Assembly (NCBI RefSeq): GCF_006345805.1
Contig: NC_042999.1
Coordinates: 145,886,001 to 145,950,000, forward strand
Length of the DNA: 64,000 nt
From: Octopus sinensis
Taxonomy: Eukaryota
Reading direction: 5' to 3'
This document shows, piece by piece, positions 50,761-63,118 of this stretch. Every line of letters starts with the position of its first letter. The stretch's first letter is position 1. The notes below the pieces were generated by a model, which made no database searches, was not told the origin of the DNA, and saw nothing but the letters and a program-made list of their open reading frames with translations. The position numbers and the translations under genes were made by a program.

Positions 50761-50981
50761 TACGGAAAAAAATGAAAAATGAAGGAATTGAAGGGGTAGG
50801 GGTAGGGGCAAAAAAGTCATTCCGAAAATAGTAGCTGAAAAAAAGGAAAAAACCCAATAAAAGCAGTAGAAATGCACGAATGATTATGATAGTGCCATGA
50901 AGTAAACATGCTTCAGATACACTCGTGTATTCACACAAACGTAACTGAGATGAAATATGTCATAATAGTAGTAGTAAGATT

Positions 50982-51309
50982 CAACGGCGCTTAAAGTGGT
51001 TCGGTCATGCGGCCCGGTGTCCAGAGGGTGAGCTGATTCGCGATGTCCTTCTCCCACCTCCACTTCCCAAGTGGCGCAAACGAACGGGCGGATGGCTGAA
51101 GACCTGGGCAACGACGATAAAGGAGGACCTCTCCGAACTCTCAGGTCCGCAGGTGGTCGGTCTGCGCAGATGGAACCACGAATGGCTCGCCATCTCTAGT
51201 GACCTCGCACAGGACCGTCAAGCGTGGGCCGCCATGGTTCGTGATGCCGTCAGGACCAGAGAAGAAGCCGGCTCAATTCGCCGTGGGTGAACGCCGTCAC
51301 AAGTACAAC
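50982..51309 (+). mobile_element. 5'-truncated RTE LINE 3' end with intact frame and 11-bp TSD
   Basis: QRRLKWFGHAARCPEGELIRDVLLP..WRKRTGGWLKTWATTIKEDL..LAQDRQAW..GSIRRG* (stop at 51288-51290). TSD TATGTCATAAT at 50956-50966 and 51310-51320. Confidence 0.92.
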
Positions 51310-51824
51310 TATGTCATAATTAACAGTGACAAACGAAATATACACCGCCGGAAGTTGATGTTGACAAACAACAGCAGTAATTTTATTCAGCTGAATACAC
51401 ATCATTGATTGGTTGAAATTACCGAAATACGACAACTTTAAGACGAAATAACTTCGTAAATATATAAAGTTTTCTCAAAAACTCTAGCAGTAAAAGATGG
51501 TTTATATGACACATTCTACCAGTATACGATGTTTGAATATATTTAGTTACAAAAACTTATTTTCTAAATTTGCAGGTCAAAAGGTAAAGATTCGAACTAT
51601 CACCAAATCATGAAACAGTCCGTCAGAAGAAAGCATAAAAAGAATGCATTTAATTTCTGGTGTAGTTCATTATCTCTAAAGTTTTCTCGCATGAAAGCGA
51701 AAAGATGTTGCTCAGGCACATAACTCTGCGTGCACTGCTTCTTATAGCATCAAGAACTGTAAGCTAATGAAATGATTATGTGATCTCTGTATTCTTATCA
51801 GTCAGTCATTCATACATGCGCGCG

Positions 51825-51855
<31 letters not shown>

Positions 51856-52004
51856 TCATATATATACACACATACATATGTAAATATCCAGCTGCTACAG
51901 GCTTATATAGAATTAAGTCGGAAGCATTTAATGCTTTCTGGATAAAAGATAAGTTATTTTGGTTGCTTGCATTTGGATCATTTCATATAAGTTATTTGTT
52001 ATTC

Positions 52005-52413
52005 TTTTATCCTTTCACTCTTTTACTTGTTTCAGTCATTTGACTGTGGCCATGCTGGAGCACCGCCTTTAGTCGAGCAAATCGATCCCAGGACTTATTT
52101 TTTGTAAGCCTAGTACTTATTTTATCGGCCCATTTTGGGAACTTAGACACACCAGCATCGGTTGTCAAGCGATGTTGGGGGGGGGGGGCAAACACAGACA
52201 AACATATAGACACACACACACAGATATATATATATATATATACATACATATATACGACGAGCTTCTTTCAGTTTCCATCTACCAAATCCATTCACAAGGC
52301 TATAGTCGGCCCGAGGCTATAATAGAAGACACTTGTCTAATGTACCATGCAGTGGGACTGAATCCGAACCATGTGGTTGGTAAGCAAGCTACTTACCACA
52401 CAGCCACTCCGCC
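52005..52413 (-). mobile_element. SINE family A copy
   Basis: Co-linear with 15078-15508. Confidence 0.85.
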
Positions 52414-52419
52414 TATGTT

Positions 52420-53160
52420 ATATCTATGTTATTTTATGTTTCATATTATTTACAAGTCTTTTAATCAGGAATTTATTCGATTTTCTAGAATTAGATTTAT
52501 ATGTAATAGATATTGTTCTATTGAGATGGTTGAAAGGTATATTGTTCTGCTAACTTTACATTTTGTTTTTGTTTTTGTTACGTGTTTTTGTAGTTTGGAA
52601 TATGTTATAAAGTGGAAAGCAGTATTTCTATTGGTCTATATTCGTTAGTTAATCTATGTTTGAAGTTCTAGGTTGATTTTTCTTTTGGTTATTATTATTT
52701 TTCATAGTGTGTATCGGTGGTTCAGTAGATCTTCATTACGCTTAGTTAGCTAGCTCTATTTTGTTCTGTAATGTTTGAAGTACTTTATGAATATATTTCT
52801 TTGTTTCATAGATACTATGTTTTCAATTTCTATGCTTTGTAGCTAAAGCTTAAATAAAATTTTGTTTATTTCCGATGTATTTTTTATAAATAGTAGGATG
52901 GATATATTGTGCTAATGTTTCACTTCTGTTAATGGACTATTAATTCCCAGACAGCGTTTGTTTGCACTTTTTTAAACGCTATTAACACCGCCAGATCGAA
53001 TGGTACTGCTAAGGCGTCGAAACCATTGAAATATCCGTCAGACAGTTGATGATGGTAATAAATGTTTGATATATTTGTTATATGTGAATCATTTATAGAT
53101 TGAGGTTTCGTTATTCTGAGTTGTCCTTCATTCTCGTGAGATTGAACTTGTTAAAGGGTT
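52420..53160 (-). mobile_element. Possible decayed Penelope-like RT thumb region
   Basis: Strand-biased A-rich minus strand with VPFDLA and L.EVK...YP-like fragments. Confidence 0.3.
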
Positions 53161-53897
53161 CATGGATTATGGTGATTTTGCTATTTGTATTACTACACAG
53201 ATTGATATTGTGTGAAATGCTTCATTAACGGATTCTAAGTTTGGGAGTTTCTGTGGCATACATACGTACATGTGTGTATATATATATATGTGAGTGTGTG
53301 TGTGTGTGTGTGTGCATGTATTTATCTGTAGATAATGCAATGCAAGCATAATGTCTAACAGAATTGCAGTTCTGTGTCTCTATTATATTTCAATGCAAGA
53401 ACAAAAGTAGACAGAATCGTAAACCACTGACCCAGATGCCTGTCAGCATTGAGTTTAAAAATCATCGAAGCCAATTTTACTTTCCATTCTTACTGGAACG
53501 ATAAAATGATTATTAGTCAACTTCAACTGACTATTAAAAATGTGTAACTTTTTAGCGATCCTAGAAATGTATATGATGAAATATTGCCAAAAGCTGTGGA
53601 GCACCGGGCAAAATGCCTTATGGTCCAACTTCACGAAGTCAACTTTGCATTTCAGCCTTATTTAGTCGATAAAATAAAATATCAGTTAATTATTGTGCTT
53701 ACTATAATCAACCAACTCTACTCGCTATCCCTAAATATGCGTTCTCATATGATGACAACGATGTGGAGGAGGAGGGAAAAGTGGAAGTTGTTGAAGAAGG
53801 GTTATGATCGTGAGGCTTCGATTGTAATGACTATAGTGATGGTGTTGATCGGCATGATGTCCCAATGTGTGTGTGCAGCCATGGATGTGCGCTTGAT

Positions 53898-53943
<46 letters not shown>

Positions 53944-55336
53944 AATATATTATTGTGTCTGGGGAGAGTCATTCTCTTTTAGTACCTTATTATTTAACAC
54001 ACTCATCGGTTCGATTTCCACTCATTTACTTATTTTTCCTAAACATTTTCGTTGCGTCTTGCAACGTTTTCAATAGTCGTTGACTCTGTCCATTATCAGA
54101 GCTGCGATTTTTGTTTGTTTTTTTTTGCTTGTTTGTGCGCATGTGTACACACATATGTAAGTATGTAAGTGTGTATATGCATGTATGTGTGTGTATGCAT
54201 ATATATGTATATTGTATATGCATGCATGTGTGTACGTTTGTATGTATGTATTCTGTATATTCATGTGTTTGTGTATTCATGTTTGTATGTGTGTGTGTGT
54301 GTATTCGTATGTGTACCTCTGTCGCCTTGTGTGTGCATGTTTGAGTGTGTTTATGTGTATGGGTTTGTGTGACTATGTACTTGTGACTGTTATGTATGGA
54401 TGTGTGTCTACATATGTGTCCTTGCGTGTAAGGACACATAGACACACTCAAACATGCACACACAGATGGAGACAGAGGTACATACACAAATACACACACA
54501 CACGTCTTTATATACGTTCGCATTGATTATTTGTGAATTGATTATCCAATTCATACATCAATTTAGTATATAAAACGGCTTTTTACTGTATTAGTTGATT
54601 TTATTTCGCATATTATATCAATCCCGTAATGTATAACAATTGAATAGTGCGAACATTTGAAAAGTGAAATAATAATTACTTCGCTGCATTTTTATTGGCT
54701 TTCTCTCGCAAAGAAAATCGAAATATGAGAGTTTTTAATATTCTAAGCCGGTGCAATACAGGAAGCTTTCATTGAAAGGAAGAATTGAAAACATATTTAA
54801 CAATATTGCAAGAAGCAGGCAGACGATAATATTAAAGAAAAATCGTCAATATCCTTCTCATTCTTATTTTTACCCCTTATAATTTTTGTAAATAATTCTA
54901 TAAAATACAATAAATCGTTATTATTGAGGAAAGTTTATTAAATAAAAGATTATTATATTAAGTGCGGTGAAGGAAGATTATGTTGAATTGCTTTTCTTCA
55001 CTTTTTGGTCTCTTATTTATTTAATGTCATTGCAAGATTTCATAGATGACTGCCGCAACTAGCAGAAAACGGGATAAACTCCCAACTGTATAATCTGAGA
55101 AAATTTAGCGCTGCTGAGGAAGGAGCCGTAAAATAAGAGACATGACATAATTTCCCACTCTAATTCTGCTAAAAAATTTTTTAAAAACTATTTTAGCATG
55201 ACAACAAGTCGCGACTAGCCCTAACTCTAGTGAGACTTTAATCAATTTTAATCAGTAATTCAAAGTATTTGCCCGGGTCTATCATTGATTTCCGTCGGTT
55301 GTTGTAAACACAATTTGTTTTTGTTTCTGTCTTCAG

Positions 55337-55373
55337 CGTCTGGATTGCTACAAAGATCAACGACATTTTTTCG
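55337..55373 (+). other. Candidate microexon of an unidentified gene
   Basis: Strong acceptor TTTGTTTTTGTTTCTGTCTTCAG and donor GTAAGC around 37 nt, open in all three frames. Confidence 0.3.
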
Positions 55374-56815
55374 GTAAGCAATTTAAATAGACAATATTTT
55401 ACATCAGCAAGTCTACATTGTCGATGCATACCATTTTGAAGCACCAGATACATTCGTCTCTTTTTAGTTCGTAATCTTTCTACTTCAGCGCTCAGACCAT
55501 CTCTAAAACGGTTTCCTAAGTGTTTCCCCCAGGCATACATAATATGTGCGCAGGTGTCGATCTCATTAGTTAGGGATGTGGCTTGAAAACTAATAAGCAC
55601 CACTCCAAATCCTTTGACTAATCAATTCAAGAAATGTATGTGGATTTCTCTAAAGATACGTGCATTTGTGGTGAAATTCTGGAGACGGATAATGCGTGGA
55701 AGGTAACAAACATTTGGCGCAGAAGTCGGTATTACGTAACCTATATAAATTCTACGTAAAATAAATGACTCACCGATACAGAAAAATATAGAGGAACTTT
55801 GCCAGCAAACTAATATAATTCAATTAAGCACCAAGATTTTACAAACGTCAGTCCAGATCTAACGCAGCGTACACATTTTTCGGCAATAACAAACTAAAAA
55901 TAAAAAATCAATATTGTGATAGGAAAATCATGTTATAGTTATGCATTTTGGTGAGTTGCTATAAAGGTTTAAAAGACAGTACAGTGAAATGTTCGTCATC
56001 ATATTTTGGTGAGTGGCTATACAGGTATATACAGTTCAAAACTTTTTATACATATGGATGAAATAACATTTTTGTAAAAATGGACTGAGAGCAATGTGTG
56101 CATTAGGCTTGCATTGGTGGAGAAAAGGCATCTCAGAGCTATTTGTTATTTTTGCTTAAAAAACACAACTAAATTCAGCTGGAAAATGAGCTCGATTGTA
56201 TCACATGACAGTGTCCCTACATACATCACATGTCTAAATTTCTGTACAAAGTCTCTAACTCCATTTGAATTTCAAATCATGAAGGGAAGATTTGGCTAAA
56301 TCTGGAAGTAGATATGTCTCATATGACAACACGTGCTTATATAATAAACGTGGTGATTCTTAGATCAATGTTCTTGAGTTACGACAATAATACAACCAAC
56401 TATATAATGAACGACAAAATATGTAAAACCTGTCGAAGAACAAGAAACGCTTGACAACCAAAGACCAACGTATATTTATAACAGAACAGTGAGAAGATAG
56501 GAAAAACAAATAGGGAAATAGTCTAAAGTAAGAAAAAGAAATAGCGTCATATAATTAAGAAATCAAATTAAAATGACAGTTATTTTAGAAAAAACGTCAC
56601 GTGATAAAATGTGTAGGAATTAAATAAGAACTAATAGATGGAGAGAGGAAAATAAGCCTTACAGAATAACATGACAAACAAATTTAAAGATAGATCGAGT
56701 GGGGAATAGCAGTGTGAAAATAGTCTTAAAGAATGATTTAAATAATAAATTGAGCTATAAACGAGATTACAAAAAATGTTATAGCTAATTACATACGTAA
56801 TAAAATACGAATCAA

Positions 56816-57399
56816 GGCAACGAGCTGGCAGAAACGTTAGCATGCCGGGCGAAATGCGTAGCCGTATTTCGTCTGCCGCAACGTTCTGAGTTCAAATTCC
56901 GCCGAGGTCGACTTTGCCTTTCATCCTTTCGGGGTCGATTAAATAAGTACCAGTTACGCACTGGGGTCGATATAATCGACTCGGTCCGTTTGTCTGTCCT
57001 TGTTTGTCCTCTCTGTGTTTAGCCCCTTGTGGGTAGTAAAGAAAGAGGTATTTCGTCTGCCACTACGTTCTGAGTTCAAATTCTGCCGAGGTCGACTTTG
57101 CCTTTCATCCTTTCGGGGTCGATTAAATAAGTACCAGTTACGCACTGGGGTCAATATAATCGACTTAATCCGTTTGTCTGTCATTGTTTGTCCTCTCTGT
57201 GTTTAGCCCCTTGTGGGTTGTAAAGAAATAGGTATTTCGTCTGCCACTACGTTCTGAGTTGAAATTCCGCCGAGGTCGACTTTGTCTTTCATCGTTTTGG
57301 GGTCGATAAATTTAGTACCAGTTGCATGCTGGGTTCGATCTAATCGACTGGCCCCCTCCCCCAAAATTTCGGGCCATGCGCCTAGAGTAGAAAAGAATC
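56816..57399 (+). mobile_element. SINE family B trimer with 11-bp TSD
   Basis: Units at 56864, 57048 and 57232 (184-bp period). TSD AAATACGAATC at 56803-56813 and 57400-57410. Confidence 0.93.
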
Positions 57400-57832
57400 A
57401 AATACGAATCTATACAGCAATAAGAAAGATAATAACCGAATAATAAGTAACTATAAACTCTCAGAATATGCCCACAAATATAAATGCATGCAAACAATTA
57501 TCAAAGTAGCAGATTCTCAAATCAACAATTAATGAAATTATAGCAAATATTATAGCAAATATTGCATTATCACTTTTTATTAAAATAGCACTTTTAATTC
57601 ACGAAGCGATTGATTAAATCAATAAAATATATTGGGATTTTGTAATTCATCATATGAGTTTTTTCATCATTTCCTGAATACACTAATATTGATATCTATA
57701 GAAAATTGTTCATAACGAGAGATTGTAACGTTAAAATTTTAAAAAATGTCGAATTTCTAATTTTTTCCCGCAATAAAATATTAGCATCATTTTCAATTGA
57801 CACAATTACTACAAAATTGGAAGCATTTATAA

Positions 57833-58203
57833 TCTATATATATAAAGCTGAAGTTGTCTGTGTATGGCAGGTTTGGTAGCCTTCAACTAACACTATCTCC
57901 TCCGAGACCCTGCGGCACAAGTTGACCAAAATTGAGAGTATGATAGAAGAAGGCTTGCTCTTCCTTCCGTAGAAGAAAAAATTCAAAACGGACCATGTTA
58001 ACACCAAGGTGCATTTTTTTCTATGAAAATCCCTATTTTTACGATTTTTTGACTGCTGTGTCGCCATTTTTCGGTGTATTTCAACCAGAAAAGTGTTCAC
58101 TTAAAGAGAATAACAAGCTACATAATGCTAAATTTTTACTTTTCAAAAATTCCAATTCTAAAGGGTCGAAACAAACCCGAGCAACACCGGGCGATACTGC
58201 TAG
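57833..58203 (+). mobile_element. Non-autonomous Helitron (371 bp)
   Basis: A|TCTATATATATAAAG 5' end, 3' hairpin CCCGAGCAACACCGGG, and CTAG|T terminus. Confidence 0.9.
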
Positions 58204-58699
58204 TAAAGTCCATAAAATAATGATAAATCAGAATTTGGAAGGATTATGATGGTGGGGTAGGATGTCACATGATCATACCATACCCCGGGCCTTTCCGGAG
58301 ATGAACTTACTTTTCCTGTTCATGAAAACTACTATTGTTGCTCCTATTGTTGCTGTTGTTACACATTTTCTCTCAACTGCTGAATTTAGTGGAGGGAATC
58401 TATTTTCACAATAGCTGCTCCAAGAGCAATCTACCCACTTGATTTGTACAGCCATATAGTATTTTTGTCATAAAATCATGGAACTTCACAATTTAAAATT
58501 CACACTTGCGCCCCTGGAGTGGGTAGTGCGAATATTTCACAAGCCGACTAACTCGTGAGAGTCCTTGCAGGCCTTTTAACGGGATAGTAACAACAAAAAC
58601 ACAACGTTCTTTAAAACAACAAAATTTGCAAATAACTCAATAGCTCAGTACAGACGTGCTTCGCTTGCAAGTAGAATAACAACAATAATAATGATGACA

Positions 58700-58853
58700 A
58701 TTTCAAATTTTGGCACAAGGCCAGCAATTTCGATTACATCAACACCAGTGCTCAACTAGTACTTATTTTATCAACCCTGAAAGGATGAAAGGTAAAGTCG
58801 ACCTTGGTGGAATTTGAGCTTAAACCGTAAGGACTGACGAAATGCCGCTAATC

Positions 58854-58896
<43 letters not shown>

Positions 58897-58990
58897 GGAC
58901 CAGCAGTTATTGAGCGTTCGATTACATCGAACTCCAGTACTTGATTGGTAAAGTCGACCTCAGCACAAACTGAACTTAAAACGTAAAGAC
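58700..58990 (-). mobile_element. Two partial SINE family B copies around an (AAT)n tract
   Basis: GAAAGGTAAAGTCGACCTTGGTGGAATTTGAGCT and GGTAAAGTCGACCTCAGCACAAACTGAACT. Confidence 0.7.
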
Positions 58991-59167
58991 GAAAACGAAA
59001 TGTGTGTGTGTGTTTTCTTTAACTTACTCTCTCTCTCTCTCTCTCTCTCCCTGTCTCTCTCTCTCTCTTGTCCTCCTTTACTCCTTCCCTCCCTCCTGCT
59101 TTCTCTCTCCCTCTCCCTCCCTTTCTTTCCATTTCTCTCTCAAGTTAAAGAAAGCAAATGATGTCTA

Positions 59168-59710
59168 TCTTATTAATATCAGCCTCTTATTGGTATTACA
59201 CACCACACACACACACACATTATAAGTGAAGCATCTCGACAGGTCCGTCTAGCTGTTAACAGGACATAAAAAGCTTTGGTACGAGAACGGGAATTAGTAT
59301 AGAACAGATAGTGCCATTTTGGACACAGGACCGCTGCTACACGAGAACAACAAATTGAGAAACAGCGCTAAATTAGACGAAATGCTGATCAAGTACACCG
59401 TTCTACAGCCTGAAGTGGCTGACGAATGCTTTTTCTTATGACCCACAAAAGGACTACAACAGCAATCTACAAATCAACTTTGAAAAAAATGAACAAATGC
59501 TACCAGCATTGTGGTGCCAAGTGAGCGGGAGAAACACCAGGTTTAGCTGCTCGAAAGATAAAGTCAACCTTCAATCAATACAAGAGCTTCCTGAATTTCT
59601 GAAGTGAAAATACAGTAATCTTATTTTATTAGTCAAATATTCTGTAATATGTGCCAAAAGTTATTGTTACTTCCATAAAATACCCGGGCATTGCCGGGTA
59701 CCTCTGTTAG
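59168..59710 (+). mobile_element. Internally deleted Helitron retaining Rep-Hel N-terminal coding remnant
   Basis: YDPQKDY..QINF.KMNKCYQHCGAK..GETPGL.CSK.KV.L. 3' hairpin CCCGGGCATTGCCGGG then TTAG|T. Probable A|TC start. Confidence 0.8.
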
Positions 59711-60608
59711 TCATCTTACATATCAAGAACTGTAGGCATATAGAAGTTGAAGCTTACATATGACTGTAGGTAAAAGAGTTTATTGCTATAAATGTAAGCG
59801 TAAGGAATGAAAATAACCAAATAACTTCATTAGCCAAACAGAATACAGATGACTCGGAAATGTTATCAGTTCCATTGACTAAACAACCCTTAACAGAGGC
59901 AAAAATGCTAAAAGCCTATCTCAAACTTTATCATGTTTTCGTTAAGTAGTAAGCACATATGGTGGAGTTAGCATATACCATGATACTATTTATTCTGCGA
60001 GTATTTGCTATTTAAATGCGGCAGTTCCATTTGTTTTATTGAGTTGTACTTAATGTAATTTAATGGGCTGCCAGACAAAATAATCTATATAGTCGGACAA
60101 AACAAGTTATCACGGCATTATTTGGCTGGGAATCTCTTTCATAATACAAGCAATAACTTAGTTAAATGTGTTTTCGAAAGCGTATTCTTCCAAATGTATT
60201 TATTTATGTTTGCACTTGATTCTGTACGAGCGAGAATATGCACAGCGGTGATTGACACTTATTTTCGAGCTGTTTAAAAGCTCTTGTGAAATCTTTCTTT
60301 CTTTTTTTTTTTCGTAGATAGTGCTGAACTTCATTTAATAAGAAATATTCGACAAATCGAGAACAATCCAATTTCAATCGCCAGATGAAGTAAATTCAGT
60401 TCAGTTCCGCCACTAGTTCTCTTTGTAAATGTATGAACATCCAAATTTTCTGCTGATATTCTTCTAAGACAATGGTTCTCAATCTTTTCTATACATTGCA
60501 CTCCTTGGAAACGTTTGACAGATTTTCGTACCCACTTCGTAAGTAATGTTGCATTTGAAAATGTAAAACTGAATTTTCTAACACACACACACACACACAC
60601 ACACACAC

Positions 60609-60652
<44 letters not shown>

Positions 60653-61514
60653 ATGATCTCGAAGCACGTTAAACTATAAATAATTGTATGTAAATCATGG
60701 GTTAAAAAAACTCTTTTCGATAGAAAATGTCGACGTCTGCTCGTGGGACTTTAGTCTACCTCTGTAGAGCCATTATTTGGTTGCTATTATTTATAGCTTT
60801 ATGTGCTTCGAGATACATTCTTCCAAGAAAGAATTATTTCACGTTCTTTCGTTGCTGTGGACCATTCCTACCATTTACAAAGTGTAGACCTGACGATAAT
60901 TCATTCATCACTGATTCATTTATGACCGTATTTTTCTTTCACCAAAACCTGGTGATAAACGAGAATGGATATACTTAATTTTCAGTAGAACTGTCCTTCA
61001 AGGTGAAAACCTCGTTGTATTCAAGTTATACAAGTTATTACTTCAAACACCGTGAATTCTATAAAGCAAGAAAATGCCGTTACTACTGGTTTGTACCTGA
61101 TCATCTTGATCAACAATCAAAGGTGTTCCAGCTATCACCATCTCGTTTATGTTGCGATAATATTCTCTAACTAGGTCGTTATTATACAATATATAAGGAG
61201 ATATGATCTGAGGGGAGATTTAACAGTTATTTCTAGTAAGCCATGTAAACTGTAGAGACAAGAATCGTCTTTATTGTTATTTAAGTTTCTGATTCAAACA
61301 TATACTGTATTCTCTTTTTACTTTTGTACCGCCACTAGAATGGCTTCTGCTCCCTGCATCTGACTGAGTTCATGCCAATCCAACTTGAGCATTCTCTTCT
61401 CACTCATCTCCCTTCCCTTTTTATTCATACCAGCCTTATTGTATCCAGTCCCCAAACTCTGTATTAATCCTTACGTCCAGTTATTCCTCTCCATACTTTC
61501 GAAATTCTAGAAAC

Positions 61515-61712
61515 ACAGAGAGGACAAACAAGGACAGACAAACGGATTAAGTCGATTATATCAACCCCAGTGCGTAACTGGTACTTATTTAATCGACCCC
61601 GAAAGTTGAAAGGCAAAGTCGACCTCGGCGGAATTTGAACTCAGAACGTAATGGCAGACGAAATACGGCTACATATTTCGCTCGGCGTGCTAACGATTCT
61701 CCCAGCTCGTCG
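61515..61712 (-). mobile_element. SINE family B monomer
   Basis: Matches 35545-35774. Confidence 0.88.
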
Positions 61713-63118
61713 CTTTGAATGCTGTATATTAGGTGGTCGAGTGACCATGGAGAGGATTTCCCTCCACCCCATGAATTGTCTCTGCATATAAACTTACAAT
61801 AACGACTGAATTCTGCTGAATTGTGCGAGCGTTATATTACTATATACGAAGCAGTTGAAGCTTTTATGAAATTTCAAAACAAATTTATAAAAGAACGTGT
61901 TAAGTAATTTTAAGAACTTTTATATTGTAATAACTCTACAGACTTCATTAAATGGAAATTAAATAGACGAGATCGGCACTTACGGTTGTGGTGTCAGATT
62001 TAATTCTTAAGATTCAGAAGAACTTGATTAGCATCATTTATTGGTAAAACAAACTGAGAGAAAAATATCAGTTATAGTTTACTTTCTTTCTCTTCAATTT
62101 ACAACTGTTTTATTTCAAAATTTGATATCTCCATTTTTTTTCAATTGCATTTTCCCATTTTATAAAGCCGGTGTGGCCATTATAACATAAGACATTTCAA
62201 AATTAGTTAACAACATGTTTTTCATAAACTTGCTTTTCGAATTTTGAAAAAGCTTCAATAATTTATAAGAATCGTTGACAGTTTTGATGCGTCAGCCTTT
62301 TACAATTACTGAATGGAATTGAATTGTCACTGTAACACTATACTCGACTCAACGAACGGGCTTGCTCGTTGGTGATAGTAACCGAATCTTCCTCAGATCA
62401 AACTTCATTATCTTAAAATAGAAAGGCTAGTTGAATAATATAGTCCGCAAAATTCCAACCATCACTCGCAATCGAGAATAACTGGGGGAGTATACCATTC
62501 TGTCACTAATTACTTTAGGTGCCTATATAGTCGCAAGCACACACACACATACACACAACACACACACAAGGCCCTACATTTGACTCAGCAGAAAACCCAA
62601 GATATTACAGTCAGAGGGAAAGGAAGGAAGGAATTGCCAGATTTAGGCTATAGTTGTTTATTTATCGACCCCAAAAGGTTGAAATTCAAAATTAGCCTAG
62701 GCGAGAGTTGAACTCGGAACGCAGAGAATCGAAACAAATATTACACTGCATTGTATCGGATGCTCTGACACCTTTAACAATTAACCTCCTAATGTAATCC
62801 TTAATGCCTTTAAAATTACGAAAGTGTCACTGCTGGAATACTATTGACCATAGGTTTTCACAATCAGGTAAAAATTCAACAACAAAAACTACAACAAAAC
62901 TACAGTAAAAATTATGTCTTCCTCACTTTGAGATTGGAGTTATATTTTGTTTAATCATAGCATTCTTCACATTTTTTATTTATACCTCATACCATTGTTA
63001 ATCTGATACCAAATCTTCAAGATTATGTAAATTTGATTCCAACTAGTTGCGTAAATTTGTTTCTTTTCTGTTTTTCTCATATCACCCTTTTGTTTTATAC
63101 AACATTTTTGTTTAATAA

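Noticed and set aside
58273-58455. Minus-strand donor-like GAAAA|GTAAGT with a short upstream ORF
   Set aside because: No phase-compatible downstream exon could be identified and no homology was recognised.
60470-60580. hAT-Charlie-like TIR fragments (here and at ~44790)
   Set aside because: Only single ends are visible, with no matching partner or 8-bp TSD.
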